A DNA stretch of 64,000 nucleotides from a bacterium. Lineage in GTDB: Bacteria; UBA8248; JACPRG01; G963555815. Shown in pieces: positions 39,672-50,198 of the stretch; position 1 is the first letter of the stretch; every line of letters begins with the position of its first letter. Made by a program: the position numbers and the translations under genes. The notes under the pieces were generated by a model, which was not told the origin of the DNA, searched no databases, and saw nothing but the letters and a program-made list of their open reading frames with translations. The stretch spans positions 352,001 to 416,000 of the forward strand of contig CBDHDG010000004.1 in the NCBI GenBank assembly GCA_965261595.1, in the 5' to 3' direction.

Positions 39672-40163
39672 ATGAACGACCCGCAAAAAGAAGACGCGTT
39701 CCTCTCCCGAAACCACGATCACAGGCTTTGCGTGAGCGGCGCCCTCCAGAGCGCCGAGGAGGTCTGCACCCGCCGGGGCGCCCGGCTGACGGCCCTGCGG
39801 CGGCGGGTCCTGGAGCTGGTGTGGGACAGCCACGCCCCCGTCGGGGCGTACGACATCCTGGAGCGGCTCTTTTCCCTGGGCCGCAGGGCCGCGCCGATCA
39901 CCGTCTATCGCGCCCTGGATTTCCTCATGGATCACGGACTGGTCCACCGCCTCGCCAGCCTGAACGCCTACGTCGGGTGCGGGTCCTCGGGCGCGCCGCA
40001 CAACGCCCAGTTCCTCATCTGCAAGGCGTGCGGGACGGCGGCCGAGCTGAACGACGCGCGGATCGACCGGGCCATCGCCCGGGGCGCCGCCCGGACGGGC
40101 TTCACGGTGGGCGGGTCGGTCGTGGAGATCCGGGGCCTGTGCCCGGACTGCGGCGGAAACTGA
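39672..40163 (+). CDS. zur: Zinc uptake regulator (Fur family)
   Basis: HDH..C, RLTALRRRVL, GAYDIL, TVYRALDFL, CKAC and CPDC. Confidence 0.9.
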   Translation: MNDPQKEDAFLSRNHDHRLCVSGALQSAEEVCTRRGARLTALRRRVLELVWDSHAPVGAYDILERLFSLGRRAAPITVYRALDFLMDHGLVHRLASLNAYVGCGSSGAPHNAQFLICKACGTAAELNDARIDRAIARGAARTGFTVGGSVVEIRGLCPDCGGN

Positions 40164-40170
40164 GGCCGGA

Positions 40171-40959
40171 ATGACCCCTGATCAAAATTCAGATCCTCTC
40201 ATCGAAGCCCGGGGGCTCGACCTCCATTTCGGACGCCAGTCCGTCCTGAGCCACGTGGACGTCTCGGTGAGCCCGGGCGAGATTGTGACGCTCATCGGGC
40301 CCAACGGGGCCGGGAAAACGACGCTCGTCCGCATCCTGCTCGGCCTCATCAAGCCGGACGCCGGCACCGTCCGGCGGCGTCCGGGCCTCGTCGTGGGCTA
40401 CCTGCCCCAGCGCTTCGCCATCGACCCGGTCGTCCCCCTGACGGTCAGGCGGCTCCTCGGGTTAACGCGCCGCGCGACCCCGGAGGCCATGGCCCGGGTC
40501 CTCGACGAAGTGGGCGCGGAGCGTCTGATCGACCAGTCGGCGCCCGACCTCTCGGGCGGCGAGCTGCGGCGCGTCCTCCTGGCGCGCGCGCTCCTGCGCG
40601 AGCCCGACCTGCTCGTCCTCGACGAGCCGGTCCAAGGAGTGGACGTAACGGGGCAGCTCGAGTTGTACGAGCTCATCTCCCGCATCCGGGCGCGCCGTGG
40701 ATGCGGGGCCTTCATGGTCTCCCACGACCTGCACGTCGTGATGGCCGCGACCGACCGGGTGATCTGCCTCAACCGTCACATCTGCTGCTCGGGACGGCCG
40801 GAAACCGTGAGCCGGCACCCGGAGTACGAGGCCCTGTTCGGCGCGGCGGCGCGCAACCTGGCCGTCTATATCCACGCGCACGACCATCACCACGACCTGG
40901 CCGGCGAGGTGGTCCATGAAGGGTCCGAGGCCGGGGCGTCCGGAGGCCCGGAAGAATGA
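40171..40959 (+). CDS. znuC: Zinc ABC transporter ATPase
   Basis: GPNGAGKT, LSGGE, DEPVQGVD, HICCSG, His-rich tail. Confidence 0.9.
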   Translation: MTPDQNSDPLIEARGLDLHFGRQSVLSHVDVSVSPGEIVTLIGPNGAGKTTLVRILLGLIKPDAGTVRRRPGLVVGYLPQRFAIDPVVPLTVRRLLGLTRRATPEAMARVLDEVGAERLIDQSAPDLSGGELRRVLLARALLREPDLLVLDEPVQGVDVTGQLELYELISRIRARRGCGAFMVSHDLHVVMAATDRVICLNRHICCSGRPETVSRHPEYEALFGAAARNLAVYIHAHDHHHDLAGEVVHEGSEAGASGGPEE

Positions 40960-41759
40960 CCGAGGATTTTTTCTTGCGCGGGCTGATCGGGGGGCTCGGC
41001 GTGGCCGTCGTGGCCGGTCCCTTGGGGTGCTTCGTCGTTTGGCGGCGGATGGCCTATTTCAGCGAATCGCTGGCGCACACCTCCCTCCTGGGCGTGGCCC
41101 TCGGCTTCCTCCTGGGCGTCAACCTGACCGCCGGGATCATTACAGCGTGCGTGGCGCTGGCCCTTCTCCTCGCAACCCTTCAGGGGCGGGGACGGCTCGC
41201 GACCGACACCCTCCTGGGCATCATGGCCCACGCGGCGCTTTCGGTGGGACTGGTGGTCATGAGTCTGATGGAGGGCCTGCGGGTCGATCTGCTCGGCTAC
41301 CTGTTCGGGGACATCCTCTCCATCACCCGGTCCGACCTGTATTGGGTGTACGGCGGGGGCGCCGGGGCGCTGGGGGCGCTGGCGTGGATATGGCGGCCGC
41401 TTCTCGCCCTCACCGTTCAGGAGGAGCTGGCCCGCGCGGAAGGGGTTCCCGTAGCGGCGGTGCGCCTGGGGTTCATGCTCATCATCGCCCTGGTCGTCGC
41501 GATCACGATGAAGATCATCGGCATCCTGCTGATCACGTCCCTTCTGATCATCCCGGCCGCGACGGCCCGGCGCTTCGCCCGGACGCCCGAGCAGATGGCC
41601 GTCCTCGCGAGCGGAATCGGCGCGCTGGCCGTGGTCGGGGGTCTCTTCGCCTCGCTGCGGTGGGACACGCCCACGGGCCCTTCCATCGTCGTCGCTGCGA
41701 CGATCCTGTTCGTTCTGGCCTTCGCCTCGGGCGGGTTCCCGTCACGGTCCGGGGTTTGA
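40956..41759 (+). CDS. znuB: Zinc ABC transporter permease
   Basis: GPLGCFVVWRRMAYF, YLFGDIL, PEQMA, GPSIV. Confidence 0.9.
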   Translation: MTEDFFLRGLIGGLGVAVVAGPLGCFVVWRRMAYFSESLAHTSLLGVALGFLLGVNLTAGIITACVALALLLATLQGRGRLATDTLLGIMAHAALSVGLVVMSLMEGLRVDLLGYLFGDILSITRSDLYWVYGGGAGALGALAWIWRPLLALTVQEELARAEGVPVAAVRLGFMLIIALVVAITMKIIGILLITSLLIIPAATARRFARTPEQMAVLASGIGALAVVGGLFASLRWDTPTGPSIVVAATILFVLAFASGGFPSRSGV

Positions 41760-42010
41760 GGCGGCGTCGCTTTGGGTCCTCGCGGGCGTGTAAACGAAAA
41801 GGCGACACTGGATGGAACGACAAAGCGGCATGAAGTGGAAGGTCAAGCGATGGCCGCACAATTCTCGCTTAACCCGCATTTCTCATCAAGAGATTCGGCA
41901 AGCCATCTTTCAACCTGTCAACTCGTCGTGGGCAATCATTTACCCAAGAGAACGGAGAGACTCGGTCTGCACACCCTGTGGTTCACGGAAGGACCAGATT
42001 CAATGGCGGT

Positions 42011-42087
42011 GTAGTGCGGAGACTTCAGCCTCCGCCCAAGCGCCACGCCGGATCGAAAAGCAGCGGAGGCTAAAGCCTCCGCGCTAC
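42011..42087. repeat. REPIN-like inverted pair of a second GTAG REP class
   Basis: GTAGTGCGGAGACTTCAGCCTCCGC and, on the other strand, GTAGCGCGGAGGCTTTAGCCTCCGC. Confidence 0.75.
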
Positions 42088-42186
42088 ATCGTATTCGCGA
42101 ACGGGTGGACCCGCTATTGATCATTGACCGCTCACCGCCCTTTGGGTCGGATGGTTGGTGAGATATCCAGGTTAACCAGGGCTTGT

Positions 42187-42480
42187 TGTCATTCCGAGCG
42201 TAGCGAGGAATCTCGCCCCGATTCAAAACAAAGCGCTTCCGCCACCCTCCAGATGAAGGGCCGTGCGGACGTACTGCATCTACTTCATGACCAACCCGTC
42301 GGGGACCGCGTAACGAATAACCTGAAGCGGCGGGTCTGGGACCATCATTCAATGCGCGGTCTTGGTCGTATACATCCAATCGCTCAACCGGGGTCGGCGT
42401 GACTTGCGCGAGGATAAGCTTAAAGAAGAAGAACCTTTCCTTCTATCGAAGCGCGATTCCTCATTTCATTCGGAATGACA
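42187..42480 (+). pseudogene. Degenerate GIY-YIG nuclease flanked by TGTCATTCCGA inverted repeats
   Basis: YCIYFMTNPSGT and VTNNLKRRVWDH in broken frames; arms TGTCATTCCGA-N7-GAGGAATC at 42187 and inverted at 42455-42480. Confidence 0.65.
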
Positions 42481-42614
42481 TCGTTCTGCCGGAAACGGGG
42501 GTTGGGACGGCCGGGGGAATCAACCCTTGTTATTATCAGAACCCGAATTTTCTCTTGAAATGATCAAAGCGCTCACCGAGCAAAACGACTGTTCGATACG
42601 CACCCAATCGCTTC

Positions 42615-43616
42615 TCACTCGACACCCAGCTCCAGCAAGAATCTGCGGTACGCCAGGGCCAGGATGTCCGGGACCTTCAGGTGAAGCTCCTCGGCCAGGT
42701 CCAGGGGGATTTCCTCAGGCCGCTGGTTTTCGACAATCACCCGGTCCTGCTCGGCGATGATTTCGTCAATTTGCTGACCTTCAATCAGTCTATCCTCCAT
42801 AAAGGCCGCCTGGTTCGACTCGGAGTCCGCCGGAGAACCAGGTTCAACGCGAGTGGCGGTCATCAAGAATCGTGTGCAGATCTTCTCGGTCTGGGGCCCA
42901 TGGGGAGAGACCACGGCTATTGTTTTACCGTTCGGGAACTCGGACAATTGATAAATCGAAAAAGGGCGGTAAAGGATGTAGTTGCGATAGTGGGGAAACG
43001 GTTCATCCGGCGCCGGGGGATCCGTGTACCGGAAGCGCAGCGATTCCCCGGCCCTTTCCACCCTCATCTTCGGCGTGATCGGTCGGGAGCGGTCGCCCAG
43101 GATGCCTTCGTGCACCCAGGAAAAATGACCCAGGTCGAAGAAGTTTTCCATCGCCCGTGCGGCGCTGCACCGCCAGACCCGCTGATCTCTGAATGTGATC
43201 TGAAACTCGGGGTCCTCGAGGGCCGGAAAGTCGGGAATGGGCGCCCGCGGGTTCCTGGACAGGCAGACCCAGACGATGCCGTAGCGCTCTTCGGCAAGAT
43301 AAGCTGTCAGGCAAGCCTTTTTCGGAATGGAATGATCCGGCGGCAGGGAGGGAATCCGCACGCATCGGCCGTCCGGGTCGTAGGCCCACCCGTGATACGC
43401 GCAAACGACCCGCTCGCCCTCGATCCAACCCAACGAGATGGGCGTGCCCCGGTGAACGCAGAGGTCCGCAAAAGCGGCCCACCGCTCTCCCAGCCGGCAG
43501 ACAGCGATATCCTCCCCCAGCAGCCGGGCGGCCACCGGCCGGTCGCCGACGTTTTCCGCAAACGTGACGGGGTGCCAATACTCCCTGACAGCGGGCCAAA
43601 GGGCGCGCTCTCTCAT
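42615..43616 (-). CDS. Rieske oxygenase alpha subunit, copy 3
   Basis: DLCVHRG, CAYHGW, ENFFDLGHFSWVH, EQDR, QRPEEIPLDL. Confidence 0.92.
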   Translation of the reverse strand: MRERALWPAVREYWHPVTFAENVGDRPVAARLLGEDIAVCRLGERWAAFADLCVHRGTPISLGWIEGERVVCAYHGWAYDPDGRCVRIPSLPPDHSIPKKACLTAYLAEERYGIVWVCLSRNPRAPIPDFPALEDPEFQITFRDQRVWRCSAARAMENFFDLGHFSWVHEGILGDRSRPITPKMRVERAGESLRFRYTDPPAPDEPFPHYRNYILYRPFSIYQLSEFPNGKTIAVVSPHGPQTEKICTRFLMTATRVEPGSPADSESNQAAFMEDRLIEGQQIDEIIAEQDRVIVENQRPEEIPLDLAEELHLKVPDILALAYRRFLLELGVE

Positions 43617-43653
43617 GTGCAAATTCCCCCGGGACGCAAGATTCGGTGAAGGC

Positions 43654-43681
43654 AGATTATCAGCGCTCCCCGGGTTGTCAA
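43654..43681 (-). promoter_or_regulatory. Putative sigma70 promoter of Rieske copy 3 (duplicated upstream of copy 4, about 45088-45116)
   Basis: TTGACA-N16-TAATCT on the minus strand, retained in both duplicates. Confidence 0.5.
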
Positions 43682-44047
43682 GCATCTTCGAGGAGAGGAT
43701 GGGGAGGGTGGTGAAAGAATGGCTTCAGGTTTCAATCCAGGTCCGCGAAAGCCGGACCCCAAAATCAACGACCTGTAGGATCCTCAATCACGCCCCCTTG
43801 GTTCCTGATCATTCAAAACCCACCTCCAATTCTTCATGGAACGGTTTGAGGAAGAAGAACCTTTTTCTAAATCGAAGCGAGATTCCTCATTTCATTCGGA
43901 ATGACATCGTTCTGCCGGAAACGGCGGTTGGGACATCCGGGGGAATCAACCCATTTTATTATCAGAACCTGAACTCTCTCTTGAAATGATCAAATCTCTT
44001 GCTGCCCGTCGAGAAAAACGAATGCTCAATACGCATCCAATCGCTTC

Positions 44048-45050
44048 TCACTCGACACCCAGCTCCTGCATGAATCTGCGATACGCCAGGGCCAGGGTGT
44101 CCGGGACCTTCAGGTGAAGCTCCTCGGCCAGGTCCAGAGGGATTTCCTCCGGCCGCTGGTTTTCGACAATCACCCGGTCCTGCTCGGCAATAACGTCTTC
44201 AATCTTCCGGCCCTCGATCTTTCTGTCCCCCATGTACCCTGTTTGGGTGGATTCGATTTCCGCCGGTGAACCCGCTTCAACACGCTCGGTCGCCAACACA
44301 AAGCGCGTGCACACCTTCTCGGTTTCCGGGCAGTGGGGCGAAGCCATGGCCACCGTCCTGCCGTTCGGGTGCTCGGACCATTGATAGATGGAAAAAGGCC
44401 GGTGAAGCGTGTAATTCCGCCGATGATGGAACGGTTCATCCGAATCCGGGGGGTGCGTATACCAGAAGTGGAGCCGTTCTCCATCCTTATCCACCCGCAT
44501 GTTCGGCGTGATCGGTCGGGAACGATCGCCGAGGATACCCTCGTGCACCCAAGGGAAATGGGCCAAATCGAAAAAGTTCTCCATGGCGCGCGCGGCGCTG
44601 CATTTCCAAACCCGTTGGTCGCGGTAGGTGACCTGATACTCGGATTCCTCGAAGGCCGGAAAGTCGGGAATGGGCGCCCGCGGGTTCCTGGACAGGCAGA
44701 CCCAGACGATGCCGTAGCGCTCTTCGGCAAGATACGATGTCAGGCACGCCTTTTTCGGAATGGGATGATCGGCCGGCAGGGAGAGAATCCCCACGCATCG
44801 GCCGTCCGGGTCATAGGTCCATCCGTGATAAGCGCAAACGACCCGCTCGCCCTCCACTCCAACCCAACGAGATGGGCGTGCCCCGGTGAATGCACAGGTC
44901 CGCAAAAGCGGCCCACCGCTCCCCGAGCCGGCAGACAGCGATATCCTCCCCCAGCAGACGCGCCGCCATCGGCCGGTCGCCGACGTTTTCCGCAAACGTG
45001 ACGGGGTGCCAATACTCCCTGACGGCGGGCCAAAGGGCGCTCTCTCGCAT
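44048..45050 (-). pseudogene. Rieske oxygenase alpha subunit, copy 4, frameshifted near 44860
   Basis: MRESALW...ISLGW in one frame and VEGERVVCAYHGW...ELGVE in another. Confidence 0.88.
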
Positions 45051-45372
45051 GTTCGCATTTCCCCGGGACAACAAGATTCAGTGAAGGCAGATTATCAGCG
45101 TCCCCCGCGTTGTCAAGGATCTTCCAACTGGGGGGCGGGCGTCGGAGGATATGCCTTCAGGATTGAATCGAACTCCGCGAGGGCTGGACCTTTTGCGCAC
45201 CGATTATCACGCCATCTTCAACCTGTGTCATTGATGGCCCGACTTCAACTCTTCCTTCAGGTTAGAATTCCTTGACTTTCCGCGGCATTCAGGGAATTGT
45301 AACGCTTCATCTTCGACAGACTGCTTCTCGCTTCCACCGCGGGGTGGGAATCCTGATTCTGACGGAATCACA

Positions 45373-46398
45373 ATGAGGTTTTCAGATAGGAGAAAGGTAT
45401 TAAATCCTTATCAAAGTGTTTAGTGATTGGAGCAATTTTGACCTTTCTGCTTTCAGCCGCTCCACCGCGGACTTAAGCGGGGGATAAGGCTCTCTGGACT
45501 CTTGACTGGGCTCCTTACGCCGCCCACACAGGGTTTTGGCACGCCTTCGAGGAAGGATTTTTCAAAAGAGCCGGGATTGACGTCAAGATCATCCGGGGTT
45601 ATGGCTCTGGGGACACCATCAAGCGGATCGCGGCGAAGAAAGGCGACTTCGGATTCGCCGATACCGGCACGCTGGTGGTCGCGCGCAGCAAGGGTGCAAA
45701 GGTGAAGAGTTTGGGCGTCCTCCACAACAACGAGGCCCATTCCGTCTATGCCCTGAAGAGCTCGGGCATCATGTCCATCAAAGATTTGCGGGGGAAGCAC
45801 TACGGCGATTCCAAGGGCGGTTCCACCGCAGCCCTGTTCCCCGCACTAGCGGCCGTTCACGGCGTGAAGAACTGGAAGTTCACGCACCTTGCCCCGACCG
45901 CTAAAGAATCCCGCCCTTCTAGGCAAGACGGTGGATTTCATCTCCACCTATTCAGACGTCTCTGAAGGCATGAGACGCGCGGCCAGGAAGATGGGCGATG
46001 AGCTCATCGAGCTGCGCTGGTCCGACTACGGCCTGACGTTTCACGGCAACGGCATCGTCGCCCATGACGATACCATCGCCAACCGGGCGGATCTCACCGG
46101 CCGGTTCGTGAATGCGGTCTTCGCAGGCGTCGCCGATGCCATCAAAAACCCCGGCAAGGCGGTGGATAATTTCATCAAGCACGCCCCAACGATGAACCGC
46201 GACATTCTGGTTGCATCGTGGGACATGACCATCTCCCGCGCCCTTACCCCTGAGACCAAAAAGATCGGGGTTGGCGGCCTGAGCCGCAAGAAGATGCAAT
46301 CCAACATCGACATCATCACCAAGTGGATGAAGGTCCCGACAAAGGCGAAGATCTCGGACATCTACGCCCCCGGGGTTCTGAAAAAGCATTTGCCGTAA
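45373..46398 (+). pseudogene. NMT1/THI5-family binding protein, frameshifted (5' region and about 45905); start uncertain
   Basis: LDWAPYAAHTGF...RGYGSGDTIKR...GFADTG, then WSDYGLTFHGNG in another frame. Confidence 0.78.
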
Positions 46399-46414
46399 CA
46401 CGGCCTTTGAGCCT

Positions 46415-46453
46415 GCGGGGTTGAGGATTCAGCCTAGCCCCGCCGGTTTTTTT
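46415..46453 (+). terminator. Probable intrinsic terminator
   Basis: GCGGGG...CCCCGC stem followed by a T run. Confidence 0.55.
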
Positions 46454-46564
46454 GTGGATAATCCGAGTCATGGACCCTGCGGCAGACCCGTGGGATTGGA
46501 GTTCTGAGTCTCCATCTAAGAGTCGGCTTGAATCTCCCGGCTGGAAGGAACGAGGAGAGAGAAC

Positions 46565-47563
46565 ATGAATGAAAGCGCGGTAAAGGAAGCCCCGATTCTA
46601 GAGGGCGCGCTTTGGCCGGCCTTGAGAGAGTACTGGCACGTCGTTGCTTATTCCGAAGACGTTCCGGAAGACAAAATCTTTCCCTTTACGCTCTTGGATG
46701 AAGAGATCGTGATTTGCAGACTCGGGGGGAAGCTGGTTGCTTTTTCCGATCTTTGCGTCCACCGGGGAACGCCCATCTCCCTGGGTACCATCGAGCGTGA
46801 CCGGGTCGTGTGCTACTATCACGGCTGGGAATACAACGCCGAGGGGAAATGCACCCGGATTCCCTCGATTCCGGACGAGCACCCCATTCCCAAACGGGCT
46901 TGTCTAAAGGCATTCTCTGTCCAGGAGCGGTACGGGATGATCTGGGTTTGCCTGTCCGCCACGCCCCGTGCTCCGATTCCCGAATGCCCGCTGGCCGAAG
47001 ACCCGGCGTATAAACTGGTGTTCCAGAACAAGTGGATTTGGAAAGCCGGCGCGGCCCGCGCGACCGAAAACTTTTTCGACCAGGCGCATTTCGCGTTTGT
47101 GCATCGGGGGATTCTGGGGAGTCCGGATAGGCCGAGGGTGGCGGCCCCCACCATCGAACGCGACGGAGACGTCCTCGATTTCTGGGTGGATGTCCCCGCC
47201 GATTCCACCCACGAGATCCCCTATGTACGCCGATACACCGTCTTCCGCCCTTTCACGATTTATCAGCGCAAGGAAGTGCCGGATGGGGGAAAAGAGGTTT
47301 ACCTGAATTACTCCTGCCCCAATTCAGAAAAGCACACCACCCGGTTTTTAAAAATCTTCCGGAATTATGAGCCCGAACCGGGTAAAGCGACGGGGTTTGA
47401 AGAATTCACCGATCTGGTTGTGGAACAGGACCGGATCATCGTCGAGCGGCAGAAGCCGGAGGAGCTGCCCCTGGACCTCTCCGAGGAGCTACACGTCAAG
47501 GCGCCCGACGCCATCGCGGTCCAATACCGAAGATTCATGAAAGAGCTGGGCGTCGATTGCTGA
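46565..47563 (+). CDS. Rieske oxygenase alpha subunit, copy 5
   Basis: DLCVHRG, CYYHGW, ENFFDQAHFAFVH, EQDR, QKPEELPLDL. Confidence 0.92.
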   Translation: MNESAVKEAPILEGALWPALREYWHVVAYSEDVPEDKIFPFTLLDEEIVICRLGGKLVAFSDLCVHRGTPISLGTIERDRVVCYYHGWEYNAEGKCTRIPSIPDEHPIPKRACLKAFSVQERYGMIWVCLSATPRAPIPECPLAEDPAYKLVFQNKWIWKAGAARATENFFDQAHFAFVHRGILGSPDRPRVAAPTIERDGDVLDFWVDVPADSTHEIPYVRRYTVFRPFTIYQRKEVPDGGKEVYLNYSCPNSEKHTTRFLKIFRNYEPEPGKATGFEEFTDLVVEQDRIIVERQKPEELPLDLSEELHVKAPDAIAVQYRRFMKELGVDC

Positions 47564-48106
47564 AATCGTGAGTGGCCGCTCTCTTTTACGAGACTGGTTC
47601 TCCCCATCCGATTGAGGGACAGAGCGCGATGCCACGTCCCCCGGGGATTGCGGTGTCGGAGACATGGGCATTCATCCGTCTCCAGAGCCCCAACCATGTG
47701 GCTTCGATAAGGATGGTCTGCCCCCCATTTTTGTATCAGGTTCTACGCGACCCTTCTGCATCGTATAGGCGCCGGACCGGTAAGCCATCGCCATCGCTTC
47801 ATGGCTGACCTCCCTCTCGGTCAGCCCCAATTCTCCCTTATTTCAAACCCTCTCCAATGGGAGCACTATACCGGGACAGGGAGCGTCTGGGGTCAGGTCT
47901 CACATTCTATCATTTCGCGGGTTGGGCGCAATTTTTGGAAGGCAAGGAGGAGCCAACACCCCGATTCAGGAACGGAAGGCGGGCTGGAAGCCCGCCTCGC
48001 CAGGGGATCGGGAAAGGCTGTTTGCAAGGATTCTCTTGGGGACGTGAAAGGAGGCCCCCCAAGGTCTTCGCCGCCGAAAAAAGGGCGGCCCGACTTCACA
48101 AACGGC

Positions 48107-49285
48107 CTAACTCATCAGCTTCGCCTCGTGCGGAAACCTGCTGATGATCTCGTAACCCGTCTCCGTGACGATGAGGTTCTCCTCCAGGCGGACGCCCTGC
48201 CCCCCTTCCCCCGCGTACGTCTCGATCGCCAGGACCATATTGGGCTCGATGGGAACGGGGTGCTCCTTGGAGGAGGCGGTGATGAAGGGCGGCTCGTGCG
48301 TGCTCATTCCGACGCTGTGGGCGAAGTCGAGCGTCGTCTCCGAGTAGTCGTCGGGCTCGTTCCACCGGCCCGCGATGTCGGCGCTGGTGGCCCCCGGCTT
48401 CACGGCCTCGATCCCCGCCCACATCGAGTCGTAGCAGCGCTTGTAGAGCACCTTCTGCTCGTCGGTCGCCCGGTCGCCGACCAGGAATGTCCGGACGTAG
48501 TCGCAGCCGTAGCCGTTGTGGTTGTGCACCCGGTCGATGATGACCAGGTCCCCGTCGTGGAGGATCCGGTCGGTGAAGAGAAGCCGCCAGTAAGGGTGGG
48601 TGTGATCGCCCGAGGCGAAGTTCCCGCCGCCCGCGTAGAGCCAGCAGCAGTTCCGCGTGAGCTCGCGCAGGACGTCCCCCTGGATGTCGCACTCCCGCAC
48701 ACCGGGCCGGATGCTGCTTCGGACGACCTCGAACGCCGCGTCGGCCAGGGCGACCGAGAGGCGGATGCACTCGATCTCATCGGGCAGCTTGATCCGCCGG
48801 GCCTCCATCATCGCCCCGCCGTCGTCGGTGATTTCGAGTCCCGCCAGCCGGGCCTCCTCCTGAACGCGGAAGTCGAGCCGGTCCAGGGCGATGCGGTCGG
48901 TCCGGACGCCGAGCTCTTTCAGGACGCCCCGGATCAGCCCCCCCCATTCGCCCGTCAGCGTCCGGGGGAGAAACGTCAGGGGAACCGAGGGCCGGATGTG
49001 GTCCCCAAGCCAGGGGGCGCACACCTTCTGGCGCTCGAGGTCCCCGCCCAGCTCGAAGAGGATGGGCTCATGCCCCTTCGCCAGGACGCAGTACCGGGCG
49101 GCGGCCAGCGTCGGGGAAGGGTTCCCGAAAGTCCCCGTGATGTAGCGGACGTTATTGGCGTCGAAGGCCACCAGGACCTCGACCCCGAAGTCGTCCATGG
49201 CCTTCCGGGCTTTATCGAGACGCGCGCGTCTCAGCCGGCCGAAGTCCACCCGATCTTCATAGTCCACCATGTATTGGCCGGGCAT
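48107..49285 (-). CDS. M24 family (Xaa-Pro peptidase-like) protein
   Basis: NVRYITG, ARRIK..DEI, HSVGM..HEPP, LAIETY, VRLEE. Confidence 0.88.
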   Translation of the reverse strand: MPGQYMVDYEDRVDFGRLRRARLDKARKAMDDFGVEVLVAFDANNVRYITGTFGNPSPTLAAARYCVLAKGHEPILFELGGDLERQKVCAPWLGDHIRPSVPLTFLPRTLTGEWGGLIRGVLKELGVRTDRIALDRLDFRVQEEARLAGLEITDDGGAMMEARRIKLPDEIECIRLSVALADAAFEVVRSSIRPGVRECDIQGDVLRELTRNCCWLYAGGGNFASGDHTHPYWRLLFTDRILHDGDLVIIDRVHNHNGYGCDYVRTFLVGDRATDEQKVLYKRCYDSMWAGIEAVKPGATSADIAGRWNEPDDYSETTLDFAHSVGMSTHEPPFITASSKEHPVPIEPNMVLAIETYAGEGGQGVRLEENLIVTETGYEIISRFPHEAKLMS

Positions 49286-49345
49286 CGTCTTCTCCTCGCC
49301 TTCCGGACGGAACCTCCGCCGGAACTCGTCACGTCCGCCGCCTGA

Positions 49346-50116
49346 TCAATCGTGAATGTAGCTGAACCGGTCCGCGGTTCCCCGCTCCTTGTGCCAATCC
49401 TCGGAAATCACGACATTCCCGGTCCCCTCCAACTCGGTGAGGACGTGCAGGAGGGGATCCACGGTGTGGTCGGGCTTCCAGCACGTCCGGCCCTTGAGGT
49501 AGCCGGGCGGGGTTTTCTCCTGGAAATGCGTGTCGGCGAGGCCCGGGCAGAGCGTGTTCACGCGGATGCCGTACTTCTCCACCTGCATGGACAGGAAATG
49601 GGAGACGCCGTTGACGCAGACCTTGGAGGTCGTGTACGGAAAACTCCGGAGGAAATCGATCTTGAACCCGGCCGACGTCGTGGAAGAGGAGACGTTGACG
49701 ATGTGACCCGATCCACGGTCGATCATGTGCGGAATGATCGACTTGCAGCAGATGAAGAGCCCCCTCACGTTGACGCTGTAGACCCGGTCCCATTCCTCGA
49801 CGCTCAGGGTGTGCAGCTCCCCCATCGGCCCGGCGATGCCCGCGTTGTTGACCAGGATATCCACCTGCCCGAAATGAGAGAGGGCCTCATCCACCATGCG
49901 CTTCGCCCGGGACTCCTCGGACACGTCCACCTCCAGGGCCAGCGCCGTGGACTCGTCCCGCTGGATGGCCTCGACCACCCGCTCCGCCTGGTCCAGGTCG
50001 ATATCCGCGACGACGACGTTGGCGCCCTCGCGCGCGACCGCCCTGCTCATGTTCTCGCCGAATCCCCGGCCTCCGCCCGTGACGATGACCGTCTGACCCG
50101 TCAGTTTTCCCGCCAT
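49346..50116 (-). CDS. SDR family oxidoreductase
   Basis: TGGGRGFG, NNAG, YTTSK, CPG. Confidence 0.9.
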   Translation of the reverse strand: MAGKLTGQTVIVTGGGRGFGENMSRAVAREGANVVVADIDLDQAERVVEAIQRDESTALALEVDVSEESRAKRMVDEALSHFGQVDILVNNAGIAGPMGELHTLSVEEWDRVYSVNVRGLFICCKSIIPHMIDRGSGHIVNVSSSTTSAGFKIDFLRSFPYTTSKVCVNGVSHFLSMQVEKYGIRVNTLCPGLADTHFQEKTPPGYLKGRTCWKPDHTVDPLLHVLTELEGTGNVVISEDWHKERGTADRFSYIHD

Positions 50117-50198
50117 GCCCTTGTCTCTCCTTTTCCCCTCCCCGGCCCGAACGGCGCTTCACGCCCGTCCGGGTCCATCTCCTTTTCAATCAAAAACT

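Noticed and set aside
47572..48100. Possible gene remnant or ncRNA between convergent genes
   Set aside because: Only one hairpin (about 47976-47997) and no convincing ORF or RNA family.
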